Origin: Streptococcus mitis
GTDB taxonomy: Bacteria; Bacillota; Bacilli; Lactobacillales; Streptococcaceae
Assembly (NCBI RefSeq): GCF_003942695.1
Contig: NZ_RJNU01000011.1
Coordinates: forward strand, 1-60,789
Direction: 5' to 3'
Length of the DNA stretch: 60,789 bases
Below the pieces are notes generated by a model. That model was given only the letters and a program-made list of their open reading frames with translations, did not search any database and had not been told where the DNA came from. The translations under genes were made by a program, and so were the position numbers. The stretch's first letter is position 1. Each line of letters starts with the position of its first letter. Positions 50,070-60,753 of this stretch are shown one piece after another.

Positions 50070-50787
50070 AATGCCCCTCTTTTCTTTTGTCATCGAGCCA
50101 TTAATAACTCACTTGCCTACCGCCTTTCTATTTAAATAATCTTTTCCACCTCCCATTCATTGTGATTACTGGTATGAGCAATTCTAGGCATATCAACTAT
50201 TAAAAATATTGTTGACAACTAATCAATTATAACTCAAAAAAGCCCACTTAAACCCCGACTGCAAGTAGCAAAACATGCGAAGGGAGTCTAAATGAGCCAC
50301 TTACAGTATAATTCTAGCTGTCATCAGCTACAACTCTCAGTAAAGCTAACAAGGAGAGTGTAGAAAGCGAAAGAACGACGTTAAATGGATAATTCTAATA
50401 TTTATATGATGATGGTGAGGCTCTATCAGTTTGTTTTCAGTAGACAAACTACTCGTAAAACCTCTTAAACAGTATCTTGGACTTTTAAGCACTCAAATGC
50501 CACTTAGTCTTTATATATTATGAGTTACATTAAGCAAATGGTGATCTGTGTAAATCAGGGTCTTCTAATGATAAATCCCACTAATAAACCACCTTACTTC
50601 AAACTCACTTTAAAATGTAACCGTTATCAATTTCTATCTTTATTTTACCTTTTTTTCTAGGATTTTGCATGTTCTATACTGAATTTTTAAAATTTTTAGA
50701 CGATTATTTTCGTTATGTCTAATTAATTCTCAGAAATCACTATATATAAAAACATGTAAAAGGATAGCCGTTTAGGATCTACCCAGC

Positions 50788-51567
50788 TTAATAATATTCA
50801 CCCTGACGATAGTCCCATGAATTAAAGGTATTTGACAGGTGCATCATGATTTTATCAATATCAAGCCCTTTACGAATCACAACTGGTGCTGGTGATGTTG
50901 AACGTGCTCCTCCTTGTTCTGGGATGAGTTTGCCGTCTTTATCGACCATAGAGACCATCACACCTTGCTCGTAGCGAGTTTCGATTGTTTTGTCAGGTTG
51001 GATGGATGCCACGTAGTCGTCTGCCTCGATGACAAGGTCCACTGCTCCTTCGATTCGTTCTCCGATTCCTTCTACCTTACCACGGTTTCCTTTTCCAGAT
51101 GGGTTGGCTGATGAGGCATAGACCATTTTACCTTCTTCCCACAGTTTAGCAGCCAACTGTTCACCAGCTTTACCAAATTTGATGACAAAACAGCTAGTAC
51201 CACGAACGTCAGTCATGAGTTCTTCACGGCCATCACCGTATGCTTTGAGTTTTTCAAAAGCTTCTGGTTTCCAAGGAAGGATACAACCAAGGAGAATATC
51301 TTCATCCCAATGTTTTTGGTAGAAGGCTTCAATTTCTGGGTTGAGTTGTGCTAAAGCGCGGAGCTCGTCCATGCTACCGCAGAGAACAACTCCTGGTTTG
51401 TTACGGTTACGTTCTTTGGCTTCAAATTTGCGTTCAAGTCCTGCCTTATCGCTAGTCATGATAATGTAACCAACTTTTGTAGGGCAAACGATACATCCGC
51501 CCTCACCTTTTAAAATGTCATAGCCTTCTTGTGAAAGTGTTCCGTTCCATTGAATGTGTTTTGTCAT
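50788..51567 (-). CDS. YrdC/Sua5-family (threonylcarbamoyl-AMP synthase-like) protein
   Basis: 259 aa from ATG 51567 (RBS AAAGGAAA). The segment GGCIVCPTKVGYII...KERNRNKPGVVL resembles the YrdC fold. The longer ORF-track form overlaps leuD. Confidence 0.55.
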   Translation of the reverse strand: MTKHIQWNGTLSQEGYDILKGEGGCIVCPTKVGYIIMTSDKAGLERKFEAKERNRNKPGVVLCGSMDELRALAQLNPEIEAFYQKHWDEDILLGCILPWKPEAFEKLKAYGDGREELMTDVRGTSCFVIKFGKAGEQLAAKLWEEGKMVYASSANPSGKGNRGKVEGIGERIEGAVDLVIEADDYVASIQPDKTIETRYEQGVMVSMVDKDGKLIPEQGGARSTSPAPVVIRKGLDIDKIMMHLSNTFNSWDYRQGEYY

Positions 51568-51592
51568 AGTTCTATTTCCTTTTCTATTTTTT

Positions 51593-52186
51593 CTAATCCT
51601 GCCAGTAGGCTGGTCGTTGTTTTTCATAGGCAGCAATCAAATCTTCATACTGCAAAGTAATTCCGATATCATCCAAACCATTTAAAAGTTTGTGTTTCCA
51701 CTCGCTATCGATTTCGAAAGTGAATTCTCCAACTGGTGAGATGATTTTTTGTTGTTCCAAGTCCACAGTTACCTGGTCGGTCGGTTTAAGTTCGGCTAGT
51801 TTCTCTCTAACCTCTCTGGGCTGAACAATAGGCAACATGCCATTATTGAGTTCATTATTGTAATGAATGTCCCCAAAAGATCCTGCAATCACAACCTTAA
51901 AACCATAGTCGGCTAGAGCCCAAGCTGCGTGTTCCCTCGAAGACCCCGCCCCAAAGTTATCCCCTGAAATGAGGATACTGGCTTTACGATATTCAGGTCG
52001 GTTAAAGACAAAGTCTGGGTCCTTAGTATACTTGTCGTCTAGATAACGCCAAGCATACATGAGATACTTACCAAAGCCTTTTTTATCAATCAACTTGAGA
52101 AACTGCTTGGGAAGTATTTGGTCGGTGTCGATGTTATCATTCATGAGAGGAACGATCGTTCCCGTATAAACTGTAAATTTCTCCAT
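51593..52186 (-). CDS. leuD: 3-isopropylmalate dehydratase small subunit
   Basis: 197 aa LeuD/aconitase swivel domain. Confidence 0.9.
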   Translation of the reverse strand: MEKFTVYTGTIVPLMNDNIDTDQILPKQFLKLIDKKGFGKYLMYAWRYLDDKYTKDPDFVFNRPEYRKASILISGDNFGAGSSREHAAWALADYGFKVVIAGSFGDIHYNNELNNGMLPIVQPREVREKLAELKPTDQVTVDLEQQKIISPVGEFTFEIDSEWKHKLLNGLDDIGITLQYEDLIAAYEKQRPAYWQD

Positions 52187-52195
52187 ATCCTCTCC

Positions 52196-53578
52196 TTACT
52201 GGGCCTCTGGCATTTGCCGAACATCTACGAAGCGCCCTGCGATAGCCGCCGCCGCTGCCATGGCTGGACTACAGAGATGGGTCTTAGCGCCAAATCCTTG
52301 TCTGTCTTCAAAGTTGCGGTTACTGGTTGAGGCACAGTGAACCCCATCAGGGACCTTGTCAGGATTCATCCCTAGGCACATAGAGCAACCTGGGTCTCTC
52401 CACTCAAAGCCAGCATCTAAGAAGACCTTATCCAAGCCCAACTTCTCAGCAGCTCGTTTCACAGGACGAGAGCCTGGAACCACGATAGCAGTTAAGTTAG
52501 GAGCTATTTTCTTCCCTTTGACAAACCGCGCAGCCAGTTGCAAGTCACTGAGCCGAGCATTGGTACAAGACCCGATAAAGATATAGCCTAGCTCAATATC
52601 CGCTGGCTTTTGACCAGGCTCCAAGTCCATGTAATGATAAGCACGTTCATCGTTCATATCCTTAATTTCTGGGAAACTACTGTCAAAGTCAACACCCATA
52701 GCAGGATTGGTTCCCCAGGTCACCATAGGAGCCAAGCCAGAGACATCCATCTGGATAACCTTATCATAAACGGCATCACTATCGCTTACAAGCGTCTTCC
52801 AGTCGGAAACTGCCTCCTCAAAGTCCTCTGGAACGCATTCCCGTCCCTTGAGATAGTCATAGGTAGTCTGATCTGGATTCATGATTCCCATCTTAGAACC
52901 AAACTCGATGGACATATTGCAGATAGTCATTCTCTCTTCCATAGTCAAAGCATCAATCGCTTGCCCACGATATTCCACCACATATCCTACACCACAGGCA
53001 ACGCCGTACTTGGCAATCAGGGCGAGAATGTAATCCTTAGAATAAACTCCTTTTTGAGGAACTCCAGTGAATTCCACCAACATTTTCTTGGGTTTGACCT
53101 GCCAGAGGGTCTGGGTCGCAAAGACATGCTCAACCTCACTGGTCCCAATCCCAAAGGCGATAGCTCCGAAAGCTCCGTGAGTAGCTGTATGGCTATCCCC
53201 ACAGACGATAAATTTCCCTGGTTGGGTCCGTCCTGTTTCTGGACCTACCATGTGAACGATTCCCTGCTTTTCAGAACCATGAGCCGCATGTTCAATCCCA
53301 AATTCCTCAACATTTTCAGCCAGCTTATCAATTTGCGCCTTGGAAATGACATCTCGAATATCGTAGATATTAACCGTTGGTACATTGTGGTCAAAGGTTC
53401 CAAATGTCAAGTCTGGCCGTCTCAATCTGCGCCCCGCATCTCGTAATCCTTGAAAAGCTTGGGGACTAGTCACTTCATGAATATAGTGCTGGTCCACATA
53501 CATGAGTTGAGGCTGCCCCTCTTCTCCTGTGATGACATGGCGGTCCCATAATTTATCAAAAATCGATTTTCCTGCCAT
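52196..53578 (-). CDS. leuC: 3-isopropylmalate dehydratase large subunit
   Basis: 460 aa aconitase-family protein with Fe-S cluster Cys motifs (CGDSHT, GSCTN). Confidence 0.9.
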   Translation of the reverse strand: MAGKSIFDKLWDRHVITGEEGQPQLMYVDQHYIHEVTSPQAFQGLRDAGRRLRRPDLTFGTFDHNVPTVNIYDIRDVISKAQIDKLAENVEEFGIEHAAHGSEKQGIVHMVGPETGRTQPGKFIVCGDSHTATHGAFGAIAFGIGTSEVEHVFATQTLWQVKPKKMLVEFTGVPQKGVYSKDYILALIAKYGVACGVGYVVEYRGQAIDALTMEERMTICNMSIEFGSKMGIMNPDQTTYDYLKGRECVPEDFEEAVSDWKTLVSDSDAVYDKVIQMDVSGLAPMVTWGTNPAMGVDFDSSFPEIKDMNDERAYHYMDLEPGQKPADIELGYIFIGSCTNARLSDLQLAARFVKGKKIAPNLTAIVVPGSRPVKRAAEKLGLDKVFLDAGFEWRDPGCSMCLGMNPDKVPDGVHCASTSNRNFEDRQGFGAKTHLCSPAMAAAAAIAGRFVDVRQMPEAQ

Positions 53579-53581
53579 CCA

Positions 53582-53851
53582 TTACCTCCAAATAAAATAT
53601 AAGGCTACTAGTGTGATCACCATCCCGAGAAAACAAACAGTTTTAAAATACCATTTTCTAGTCTTGTGGTGAAAGGTGATTCCTGCTAACCAAGCTCCAA
53701 AACCACCACAAGTAAAGGCTAAAATAAGTAAGATTTTCTCTGGGATGCGCCAAGCACCTCTCCTTGCCTTGGATTTGTCAATGCCATAAATCAAGAAAAT
53801 CAGCAAATTCCAAATCAAGAGGGCAAGCGTGATTCCTTCATTTATCTTCAT
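53582..53851 (-). CDS. DUF1294-family small membrane protein embedded in the leu operon
   Basis: 89 aa with 3 TM and a KARRGAWRIPE motif. It overlaps leuB by 4 nt. Confidence 0.6.
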   Translation of the reverse strand: MKINEGITLALLIWNLLIFLIYGIDKSKARRGAWRIPEKILLILAFTCGGFGAWLAGITFHHKTRKWYFKTVCFLGMVITLVALYFIWR

Positions 53852-54885
53852 AATCTTTCAATGATAGCTTCCGTCATTTCCTTAGTAGAAGCCTGTCCTC
53901 CAATATCTCTTGTTAAAATGCCAGCCACTAAACTAGCTTCAACAGCACGCTCGATACGCTCTGCATCCTCATAACATCCAAAGCTATCTCTCAACATCAT
54001 GGCAACTGACAAAATCATAGAGATAGGATTGGCAATTCCTTGAGCTGCAATATCAGGTGCCGAACCATGAATGGGTTCGTAGAGGCTTGGCCCCTTTTCA
54101 GAATGACTGGCTGATGGCATAACACCCAGGGTGCCTGATAGAACGCTTGATTCATCAGATAAGATATCTCCGAAAAGATTCTCTGTCACGATGATATCAA
54201 ACTTAGCAGGATTGGTAATCAGAAGCATGGCAGCTGAGTCCACCAACTGGTGCTCCAAGGTCACATCTGGGAAATCCTGCGCAACCTCCTCAGCAACTTT
54301 CCGCCAGAGTTTTGAAGTCGCTAGAACATTTTGCTTATCGATACTAGTAACGATTTTTCTCCGACTTCTTGCGATTTCAAAGGCCTTACGAATAATCCGC
54401 TCCACTTCCTCATAGATGTAGTCGTTGATATCACGCGCTTTTCGCTCTTCAAGGATATGATCCCCAAAGTAAATACCACCTGTCAACTCACGCACCACGA
54501 CAAAGTCTACACCAGCAATTCGTTCTGGTTTAAGTGGTGATAAATGCTTGAGACTATCAAAGATTTTTACAGGCCGAATATTGGCATAGAGATTGAGTTC
54601 CTTACGAAGAGCTAGCAAGCCTTGTTCAGGCCGAATCGCCGCCCCATCATACTGGGGACTACCGATAGCCGCAAGGAGAATAGCATCTGCTTCTCTACAT
54701 GCCTTGAGGGTTTCATCAGGTAAGGGATGCCCCGCAGCATCAATACCTGCACCTCCAAAGGGGCGTCTGTCTATCTCATAGTCAAAACCTGTTTTTGAAG
54801 CTAGAGCTTCCAGAACTGCTAAACCAGCTTCCATGATTTCTGGACCGATTCCATCCCCTGCTAGTGCTACTATTTTCTTTGTCAT
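53848..54885 (-). CDS. leuB: 3-isopropylmalate dehydrogenase
   Basis: 345 aa in the isocitrate/isopropylmalate dehydrogenase family. Confidence 0.9.
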   Translation of the reverse strand: MTKKIVALAGDGIGPEIMEAGLAVLEALASKTGFDYEIDRRPFGGAGIDAAGHPLPDETLKACREADAILLAAIGSPQYDGAAIRPEQGLLALRKELNLYANIRPVKIFDSLKHLSPLKPERIAGVDFVVVRELTGGIYFGDHILEERKARDINDYIYEEVERIIRKAFEIARSRRKIVTSIDKQNVLATSKLWRKVAEEVAQDFPDVTLEHQLVDSAAMLLITNPAKFDIIVTENLFGDILSDESSVLSGTLGVMPSASHSEKGPSLYEPIHGSAPDIAAQGIANPISMILSVAMMLRDSFGCYEDAERIERAVEASLVAGILTRDIGGQASTKEMTEAIIERL

Positions 54886-54896
54886 AGCCTTCTCCT

Positions 54897-56459
54897 TTAC
54901 ACACTAGGCATGTCTCGGTAGGAAATACTACGCCCCATCTCACCTGCATTCTCTTTTTGAACAAAGGCATTGGCATTGATATAGGCAATAGCCGAAGCCT
55001 TCAATACATCAAAATCAAGACCTGCTGCGTTAAAGATGGTTTCTGTATCTCTGTTTTCAACAGTAACCAAGACCCGAGCTTGAGCATCAATTCCATCCGT
55101 TACCGCGTCAATAGTGTAGGACACCAAGCGGACAGATTGGTTAAAGAACTTATCGATAGCGTTAAAGATCGCTTCAACGGAACCTTGCCCTGTTGCATTG
55201 AACTCGACTTTTTCACCATCCATATTAGCTAGGCTAACGAGCGCTTCAATATCATTATCTGCATGAGTTTGAAGTTGTAAATCATCAAAGTGGAAGCCTT
55301 CTGGGTTTTCAACCATGGTTCCAGCTACCAGAGCACGAATATCTGCATCTGTGATTTCTTGTTTCTTGTCCGCTAGTGCCTTGAACTTAGCGAAGAGTGG
55401 TTTGATATCCTCTTCTGTAAAATCTAGGGCCAGTTCTCTTAGTTTTTCAACAAAGGCATGACGACCTGACAATTTTCCGAGCGGAAGACTATTACTTTTA
55501 ACACCGACCAATTCAGGTGTGATAATCTCATAAGTGAGAGGATTTTTAAGGACTCCATCTTGGTGAATACCAGATTCGTGAGAGAAGGCATTGCCACCAA
55601 CGACAGCCTTGTTTTTAGGAACTGGAATACCAGAGAAGCGAGAAACCATTTCTGACGTATTCATTGTTTCATCCAAAACAATATCACTAGTTGCTTGGAA
55701 GAAATCCTCACGAATCTTCAAAGCAACAGCTACTTCTTCAAGAGCAACATTACCTGCGCGTTCACCGATACCATTAATAGTTCCCTGGACACGTCCAGCA
55801 CCATGTTTAATTGCTGTCAAAGTATTTGCAGTTGCCATACCGAGATCATCGTGACAGTGGACACCAAAGACAACTTTATGATCTGATTTAATATTTTCAG
55901 TCAAGTGATCAAAGATACGTGCAAACTCTTCTGGAGTCGTAAAGCCAACTGTGTCAGGGATATTGATATAAGATGCACCTGCATCGACCGCTGTTTGAAC
56001 GACTTGTAATAGGAAATCCAACTCTGTTCTAGTCGCATCTTCAGGAGAGAATTCGACGATTTCAAACTTAGAACGGGCATAAGAAACATGCTCCTTAATA
56101 GCTTCTAAAATCTCTTCCTTGCTCTTATTGAGCTTATACTTGCGGTGAATCGGACTGGTAGCGATAAAGACATGAATCTGTGGATACTTGGCATCCTTAA
56201 GCGCCTCATAACAAGCATCAATATCAGATTTTACAGAACGAGCTAATCCTGTCACTGCTGTTTTTTTCATGGCTTTAGCAATTTCTTGAACGGCTATAAA
56301 TGAATCTGGACTAGCAGCCGGAAAACCAGCTTCAATTACAGAAACTCCCCATTTCTCCAACTGTCTTGCAATGGAAACTTTTTCCTTTATTGAGAAGTTA
56401 ACACCAGGTGTTTGTTCCCCATCACGAAGACTTGTATCAAAAAATTCAACTGTTCGCAT
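54897..56459 (-). CDS. leuA: 2-isopropylmalate synthase
   Basis: 520 aa with the HMGL-like barrel (DTSLRDGEQ, HCHDDLG) and a LeuA dimerisation domain. Confidence 0.9.
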   Translation of the reverse strand: MRTVEFFDTSLRDGEQTPGVNFSIKEKVSIARQLEKWGVSVIEAGFPAASPDSFIAVQEIAKAMKKTAVTGLARSVKSDIDACYEALKDAKYPQIHVFIATSPIHRKYKLNKSKEEILEAIKEHVSYARSKFEIVEFSPEDATRTELDFLLQVVQTAVDAGASYINIPDTVGFTTPEEFARIFDHLTENIKSDHKVVFGVHCHDDLGMATANTLTAIKHGAGRVQGTINGIGERAGNVALEEVAVALKIREDFFQATSDIVLDETMNTSEMVSRFSGIPVPKNKAVVGGNAFSHESGIHQDGVLKNPLTYEIITPELVGVKSNSLPLGKLSGRHAFVEKLRELALDFTEEDIKPLFAKFKALADKKQEITDADIRALVAGTMVENPEGFHFDDLQLQTHADNDIEALVSLANMDGEKVEFNATGQGSVEAIFNAIDKFFNQSVRLVSYTIDAVTDGIDAQARVLVTVENRDTETIFNAAGLDFDVLKASAIAYINANAFVQKENAGEMGRSISYRDMPSV

Positions 56460-56488
56460 AAGATTTCCCCTTTTTCAAATGTGGTTTT

Positions 56489-56523
56489 AAAAAAAACATC
56501 TCGCTCAGAAACCCAAGCGAGAT
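56489..56523 (-). terminator. leu attenuator terminator
   Basis: Minus-sense ATCTCGCT tgggtttctg AGCGAGAT followed by a T8 run. It lies 30 nt upstream of the leuA ATG, and an alternative antiterminator CCAAGCGgGAG...CTCGCTTGG overlaps it. Confidence 0.75.
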
Positions 56524-56571
56524 GTTGATTTACTCCCGCTTGGTAAGCCAAACAGGACTAATGCTTTTGCA

Positions 56572-56625
56572 CTAGCCCGAGTACCTCAACAACAAAGCAA
56601 ATTGATTAAACTTAGCTGTCTTCAT
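56572..56625 (-). CDS. leu operon leader peptide (MKTAKFNQFALLLRYSG)
   Basis: 17 codons with three consecutive TTG Leu codons. RBS AGGAG 9 nt upstream. Located between the promoter and the attenuator terminator. Confidence 0.7.
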   Translation of the reverse strand: MKTAKFNQFALLLRYSG

Positions 56626-56661
56626 GTTTGACTTTCTCCTTCGTTTGATATCTTGTTTAGT

Positions 56662-56690
56662 ATTTTAGCATAGCTAAAAACACTTGTCAA
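56662..56690 (-). promoter_or_regulatory. leu operon promoter
   Basis: Minus-sense TTGACA, 17 nt, TAAAAT. Confidence 0.6.
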
Positions 56691-56774
56691 GAAAAAATCC
56701 ATTATTTTCTGAAAATTTCTTCAGTAAAGAATATTTTGTTAATTGAAAGTATTTGAAAACTCAAGCGAATTTCC

Positions 56775-57431
56775 TTATTTTTTCACAGTCAATTCCCAAC
56801 TTCTTTCGATGAGTTCTATCACTTCTTCATCTTGCAAACTATCATCAAGCGCCAGACTAAGCCAGTAGCGTTTGTTCATATGAAAGGCTGGGTAAATTCC
56901 CTTTTGTGAAAGCAAGTCAGCTACTTGATCGTGTTTGATATTAACTGCTTCGACTAGCCCTTCTCTACCCTTTTCCAGTTTATCCCATGGGATTCTCATC
57001 ATAACAGCATACCACTTTTGATTTCCTTCATGACGCAATACAGCTGTATCAGGCGACTTTTCCCACAGATACTCCAACTGATTACCATACTTTTCCTGAA
57101 CTTGAGGCATGATACGCTTAGTCTGAGGACAGATAAAATCCTGTACATCAAAGCAAGCCTCCCGAATCTGGTAGAGAATCTCCAAACAAGCCTCACGAAC
57201 ACTTCCGACAAAACTTCCCCGCATACTTTCCATATGGACTTGAGGGTAGAGGTCACCCGTCTCTTGATCAAAGATCTGAAAATTCACATCATCAGCAGTG
57301 ATGGACACCGTCATGACAAAGTCACACTGCAAAATCTGGCAACTATAAGTCCAGACTTCCCCATTTTCTACAAAACCATAGGCATGGGCTTTTTCTTTAT
57401 TAAACTGATAGGATTTAAAAATTTCAAACAT
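56775..57431 (-). CDS. MmcQ/YjbR-family protein (an N-terminal domain fused to a YjbR domain)
   Basis: 218 aa; the C-terminal half (KWYAVMMRIPW...HMNKRYWLS) matches PF04237. Confidence 0.65.
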   Translation of the reverse strand: MFEIFKSYQFNKEKAHAYGFVENGEVWTYSCQILQCDFVMTVSITADDVNFQIFDQETGDLYPQVHMESMRGSFVGSVREACLEILYQIREACFDVQDFICPQTKRIMPQVQEKYGNQLEYLWEKSPDTAVLRHEGNQKWYAVMMRIPWDKLEKGREGLVEAVNIKHDQVADLLSQKGIYPAFHMNKRYWLSLALDDSLQDEEVIELIERSWELTVKK

Positions 57432-57474
57432 AAGTGAAAACTGCTACCAAAAGCTAGCAGTTCCTTTCTATTTT

Positions 57475-58107
57475 TTAAAAGACAACCTTAGTTCCATGTA
57501 ATTGTGTCACACCCAGCTGGTCGATAAAGGTTTGACGGTTGTCCAAGTCAATCCCACCACCTGGCAAGATTTCAATTTTACCTTTTGCATGTTCCAAAAT
57601 TCTGTGATAATGAGCAAAACGTTTGTCTAGCGAGTCTCCAGACACACCAGCACGAGTTAAGATACGAGTGACACCGGCTTGGCTGAGCCAGTCAATGGCT
57701 TCTAACTGGTCTTCATCGCTTAATTCATCAAAGGCCATGTGAAAGACAATTTCCATTCCTTTAGATGCGGCAATCAGCTTCTCAAGATTAACCTTATCCA
57801 ACTTCTTATCAGCAGTTAATGCCCCAAAAACTACTCCTTGACTTCCAGCCTGCGCAGTCAAACGAATGTCTTCTAGCATAATCGCTATTTCAAGATCAGT
57901 ATAGACAAAGTCGCCACCACGGGGACGAATCATGGTCATAATGGTGCTATCATAGTTAGCTGCCAGTTCAACAGCTGCCTTAGTCACTCCATAGCTTGGT
58001 GTTGTCCCACCAACTGCTAGATTGTCACAAAGTTCGATTCGACGAGCTCCAGCCTGCATCGCTTTTTCAAGCAGGGTCACATTTTCAGCACAAAATTCGT
58101 AAATCAT
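57475..58107 (-). CDS. cutC: Copper homeostasis protein CutC
   Basis: 210 aa starting MIYEFCAENVT...; a CutC-family TIM barrel. Confidence 0.85.
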   Translation of the reverse strand: MIYEFCAENVTLLEKAMQAGARRIELCDNLAVGGTTPSYGVTKAAVELAANYDSTIMTMIRPRGGDFVYTDLEIAIMLEDIRLTAQAGSQGVVFGALTADKKLDKVNLEKLIAASKGMEIVFHMAFDELSDEDQLEAIDWLSQAGVTRILTRAGVSGDSLDKRFAHYHRILEHAKGKIEILPGGGIDLDNRQTFIDQLGVTQLHGTKVVF

Positions 58108-58199
58108 TTGATTCTCCTTGATGTTTTCTTTAAATTTATTATATCATATTATTTTAAATATGCTTTCATTTTTATCAAGGCAAATAACTACTATTTTAA

Positions 58200-58559
58200 C
58201 TATTCTTTGTCAGGAATGACTTTAAAGAGATAGTAGGTGATAAAGATAGTCAAGGCTCCCAGACCGATTTTGACTGGTAAAAGAGGGGCAAAATAAATAG
58301 AAATTCCCATCAAGATATAGATAGATACGATGATTTTTTTCTTGCGTTCACGCGCTATAGACTTGGTTTCCCGAAAATCAGCTACATAAGTCTGATAGAG
58401 CTTGGTGTGATAAAGCCAGTCTTCAAAACGCTTAGAAGATTTTGAAAAGCAAGCGATAGACAGCAAAAGAAAGGGAGTTGTTGGTAAGAGCGGCAGGACA
58501 ACACCTACAAGAGCTAGAGCCAAAGAAATAAAACCAATACAGAAATAAATAATGCGCAT
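58200..58559 (-). CDS. YbaN/DUF454-family inner membrane protein
   Basis: 119 aa from ATG 58559 (RBS AGGAGAAG). It has two TM hairpins around LPLLPTTPFLLLS. Confidence 0.6.
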   Translation of the reverse strand: MRIIYFCIGFISLALALVGVVLPLLPTTPFLLLSIACFSKSSKRFEDWLYHTKLYQTYVADFRETKSIARERKKKIIVSIYILMGISIYFAPLLPVKIGLGALTIFITYYLFKVIPDKE

Positions 58560-58665
58560 AACTTCTCCTAGATAAATTACTCTTCCTCTAGTTTCGCATA
58601 CAGTGAGGAAATTTGTCAAGCTTCAAGTAAAAAGAGCCTGAAATTCATTTTCAGGACTCTGCATT

Positions 58666-60753
58666 TTATTTGATCTTTTCCTCTTCGTAGTCGCCATTAC
58701 TACATACAACTTGCTTGCCACCACCACGGACTTTTTTCTCCACAAGGAAGTGTCCGCATTTTGGACAGTCACGGCCAATCGGTTTGTCCCAGGAAGTAAA
58801 TTCACATTCTGGATAGCGATTGCAACCATAAAAGATACGATTGCGCTTGGTTTTGCGTTCGATGATTTGTCCTTGATGGCAGCTTGGACACTCGACACCA
58901 ATCTCTTTGACAATCGCTTGTGTATGACGGCAGTCTGGGAAATTGCTACAAGCATAGAATTTACCAAAACGACCGAGCTTAATCACCATCGGACTACCAC
59001 AGACTTCACAGTCAAATCCAGCTGGTTCATCCTTGATCTGAATTTTTTCCATTTCTGCTTCAGCCTTGGCTACTTCTTTAGAGAATGGTTTGTAAAAGGT
59101 GTCAATAACACGTTGCCACTGCTCTTTTCCAACTTCGACATCATCCAGTTTTCCTTCCATCTCAGCTGTGAAGGTCACGTTTACGATATCTGGGAAATAT
59201 TCAACAATGAGTTTATTAACAATTTCTCCCAACTCTGTCGGTTCAAAGCGTTTGGCTACCAGACGAACGTAGTATCGTTTCTGGATGGTTTCAATGGTCG
59301 GAGCGTAGGTTGATGGACGTCCAACCCCATTTTCCTCCAAGGTCTTGATAAGCGTCGCTTCTGAATAGCGAGCAGGTGGTTGGGTGAAATGTTGTTCTGG
59401 CTTGCTATTGACTTGCTTGACCACATCTCCAACAGCCATGTCTGGTAACATCTTGTTCTTGTCAGAATCATTATAAATAGCAAGATAACCATCAAACTTA
59501 ACCTGACTACCATTGGCAGCAAATTGGACCCCATTTTGAGACAATTTAACAGCCATGGTATCAAAGATAGCTCCCGTCATCTGGCTGGCCACAAAACGGT
59601 TCCAGATAAGGGTATAGAGCTTGAGCTGGTCTTTATCCAAGTACTTAGCGATGCTTTCTGGTGTATTAAAGACACTAGATGGACGAATAGCTTCGTGGGC
59701 ATCTTGAGCGCCTGAGGCGTTCTTGACCTTGCTACCATGCTTGGAATACTTGCTACCAAAACGGTCGTTAATGTAGCTTGCAGCTTCATTCTGAGCTACT
59801 GGACTGATACGAGTCGAGTCTGTACGCATATAGGTAATCAAACCTTGCACACCCGATCCGATATTGATCCCTTCATAGAGCTGTTGAGCCACCATCATGG
59901 TCTTTCGAGTACGGAAATTGATTTTGTTAGCCGCATCCATCTGCATGGTTGAAGTCGTATAAGGTAGGGGCGCATTGCGTTTGCGCTCTTTCTTATCTAC
60001 CTGATCTACTGTAAAATCTTTGCTCGTTAGGTGGGACAAGACTTCTTTGACTTCTTCGTTGGTGGTCAATTTCATCTTTTTGCCATTCATACCATAGAAA
60101 GAAGCCTGAAATTGCTTGGTACCCTTCTTAAAGACACCATCAATTGTCCAGTATTCTTCTGGTTGAAAGGCATTGATTTCATTTTCACGGTCAATGATAA
60201 GCTTAAGGGCAACAGACTGCACGCGTCCTGCTGATAAGCCCTTCTTGACCTTTTTCCACAAAATAGGCGAAATCGAATACCCTACCAAGCGGTCTAAGAC
60301 TCGACGAGCTTGTTGGGCGTCGACCAAGTCCATGTCAATCTTGCGCGGTTCTTTAAAGGCATTTTTTACCGCGTCCTTGGTGATTTCATTAAAAACCACA
60401 CGGTTGGCATCATTCTCATCCAAGTTGAGAATGTGGGCCAAATGCCAAGAAATCGCTTCTCCTTCACGGTCCGGGTCACTCGCCAGAAAGACTTTATTGG
60501 CCTTTTTAGCTTCTTTTTTCAGATCATTGATGAGAGGACCTTTTCCTCGGATATTGATATACTGTGGTTCATAGTTATTTTCAATGTCGACTGACATACT
60601 GGATTTTTTCAAATCACGGATATGTCCGACACTGGCTAGAACCTTATAATTTCTGCCTAGATATTTCTCAATCGTTTTCGCTTTAGCAGGCGACTCCACG
60701 ATGACTAGATTTTTTTTAACTGTTGATTTTTTCTTCTTTGTTGCCGTAGCCAC
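58666..60753 (-). CDS. topA: DNA topoisomerase I
   Basis: About 695 aa with a Toprim domain ([11 protein letters not shown]), the catalytic Tyr region and C-terminal zinc ribbons. The likely start is a GTG (VATATKKKK). The ORF-track TTG start is 6 codons upstream. Confidence 0.9.
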   Translation of the reverse strand: MATATKKKKSTVKKNLVIVESPAKAKTIEKYLGRNYKVLASVGHIRDLKKSSMSVDIENNYEPQYINIRGKGPLINDLKKEAKKANKVFLASDPDREGEAISWHLAHILNLDENDANRVVFNEITKDAVKNAFKEPRKIDMDLVDAQQARRVLDRLVGYSISPILWKKVKKGLSAGRVQSVALKLIIDRENEINAFQPEEYWTIDGVFKKGTKQFQASFYGMNGKKMKLTTNEEVKEVLSHLTSKDFTVDQVDKKERKRNAPLPYTTSTMQMDAANKINFRTRKTMMVAQQLYEGINIGSGVQGLITYMRTDSTRISPVAQNEAASYINDRFGSKYSKHGSKVKNASGAQDAHEAIRPSSVFNTPESIAKYLDKDQLKLYTLIWNRFVASQMTGAIFDTMAVKLSQNGVQFAANGSQVKFDGYLAIYNDSDKNKMLPDMAVGDVVKQVNSKPEQHFTQPPARYSEATLIKTLEENGVGRPSTYAPTIETIQKRYYVRLVAKRFEPTELGEIVNKLIVEYFPDIVNVTFTAEMEGKLDDVEVGKEQWQRVIDTFYKPFSKEVAKAEAEMEKIQIKDEPAGFDCEVCGSPMVIKLGRFGKFYACSNFPDCRHTQAIVKEIGVECPSCHQGQIIERKTKRNRIFYGCNRYPECEFTSWDKPIGRDCPKCGHFLVEKKVRGGGKQVVCSNGDYEEEKIK

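Noticed and set aside
50070-50093. Upstream ATG (MTKEKRGI...) for the SPFH gene, and similar N-terminal extensions (51568-51636 for the YrdC-like gene; 58560-58619 for the ybaN-like gene; TTG at 60771 for topA)
   Set aside because: The extensions lack RBS support and/or overlap neighbouring genes. The internal ATG/GTG codons have good RBS motifs and give canonical family N-termini.
52610-53446. 278-aa plus-strand ORF, and many shorter antisense ORFs elsewhere (e.g. 823-1098, 9774-10112, 40031-40534, 44672-44968)
   Set aside because: Each lies entirely antisense within a strongly recognisable conserved gene (leuC, lacC, tarI, smc, guaC). They have no RBS and low-complexity or odd composition, so they are shadow ORFs.
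56460-56780. Possible T-box riboswitch upstream of leuA
   Set aside because: There is no T-box conserved core or specifier-loop architecture. A leader peptide with three Leu codons and a terminator/antiterminator pair explains the region instead.
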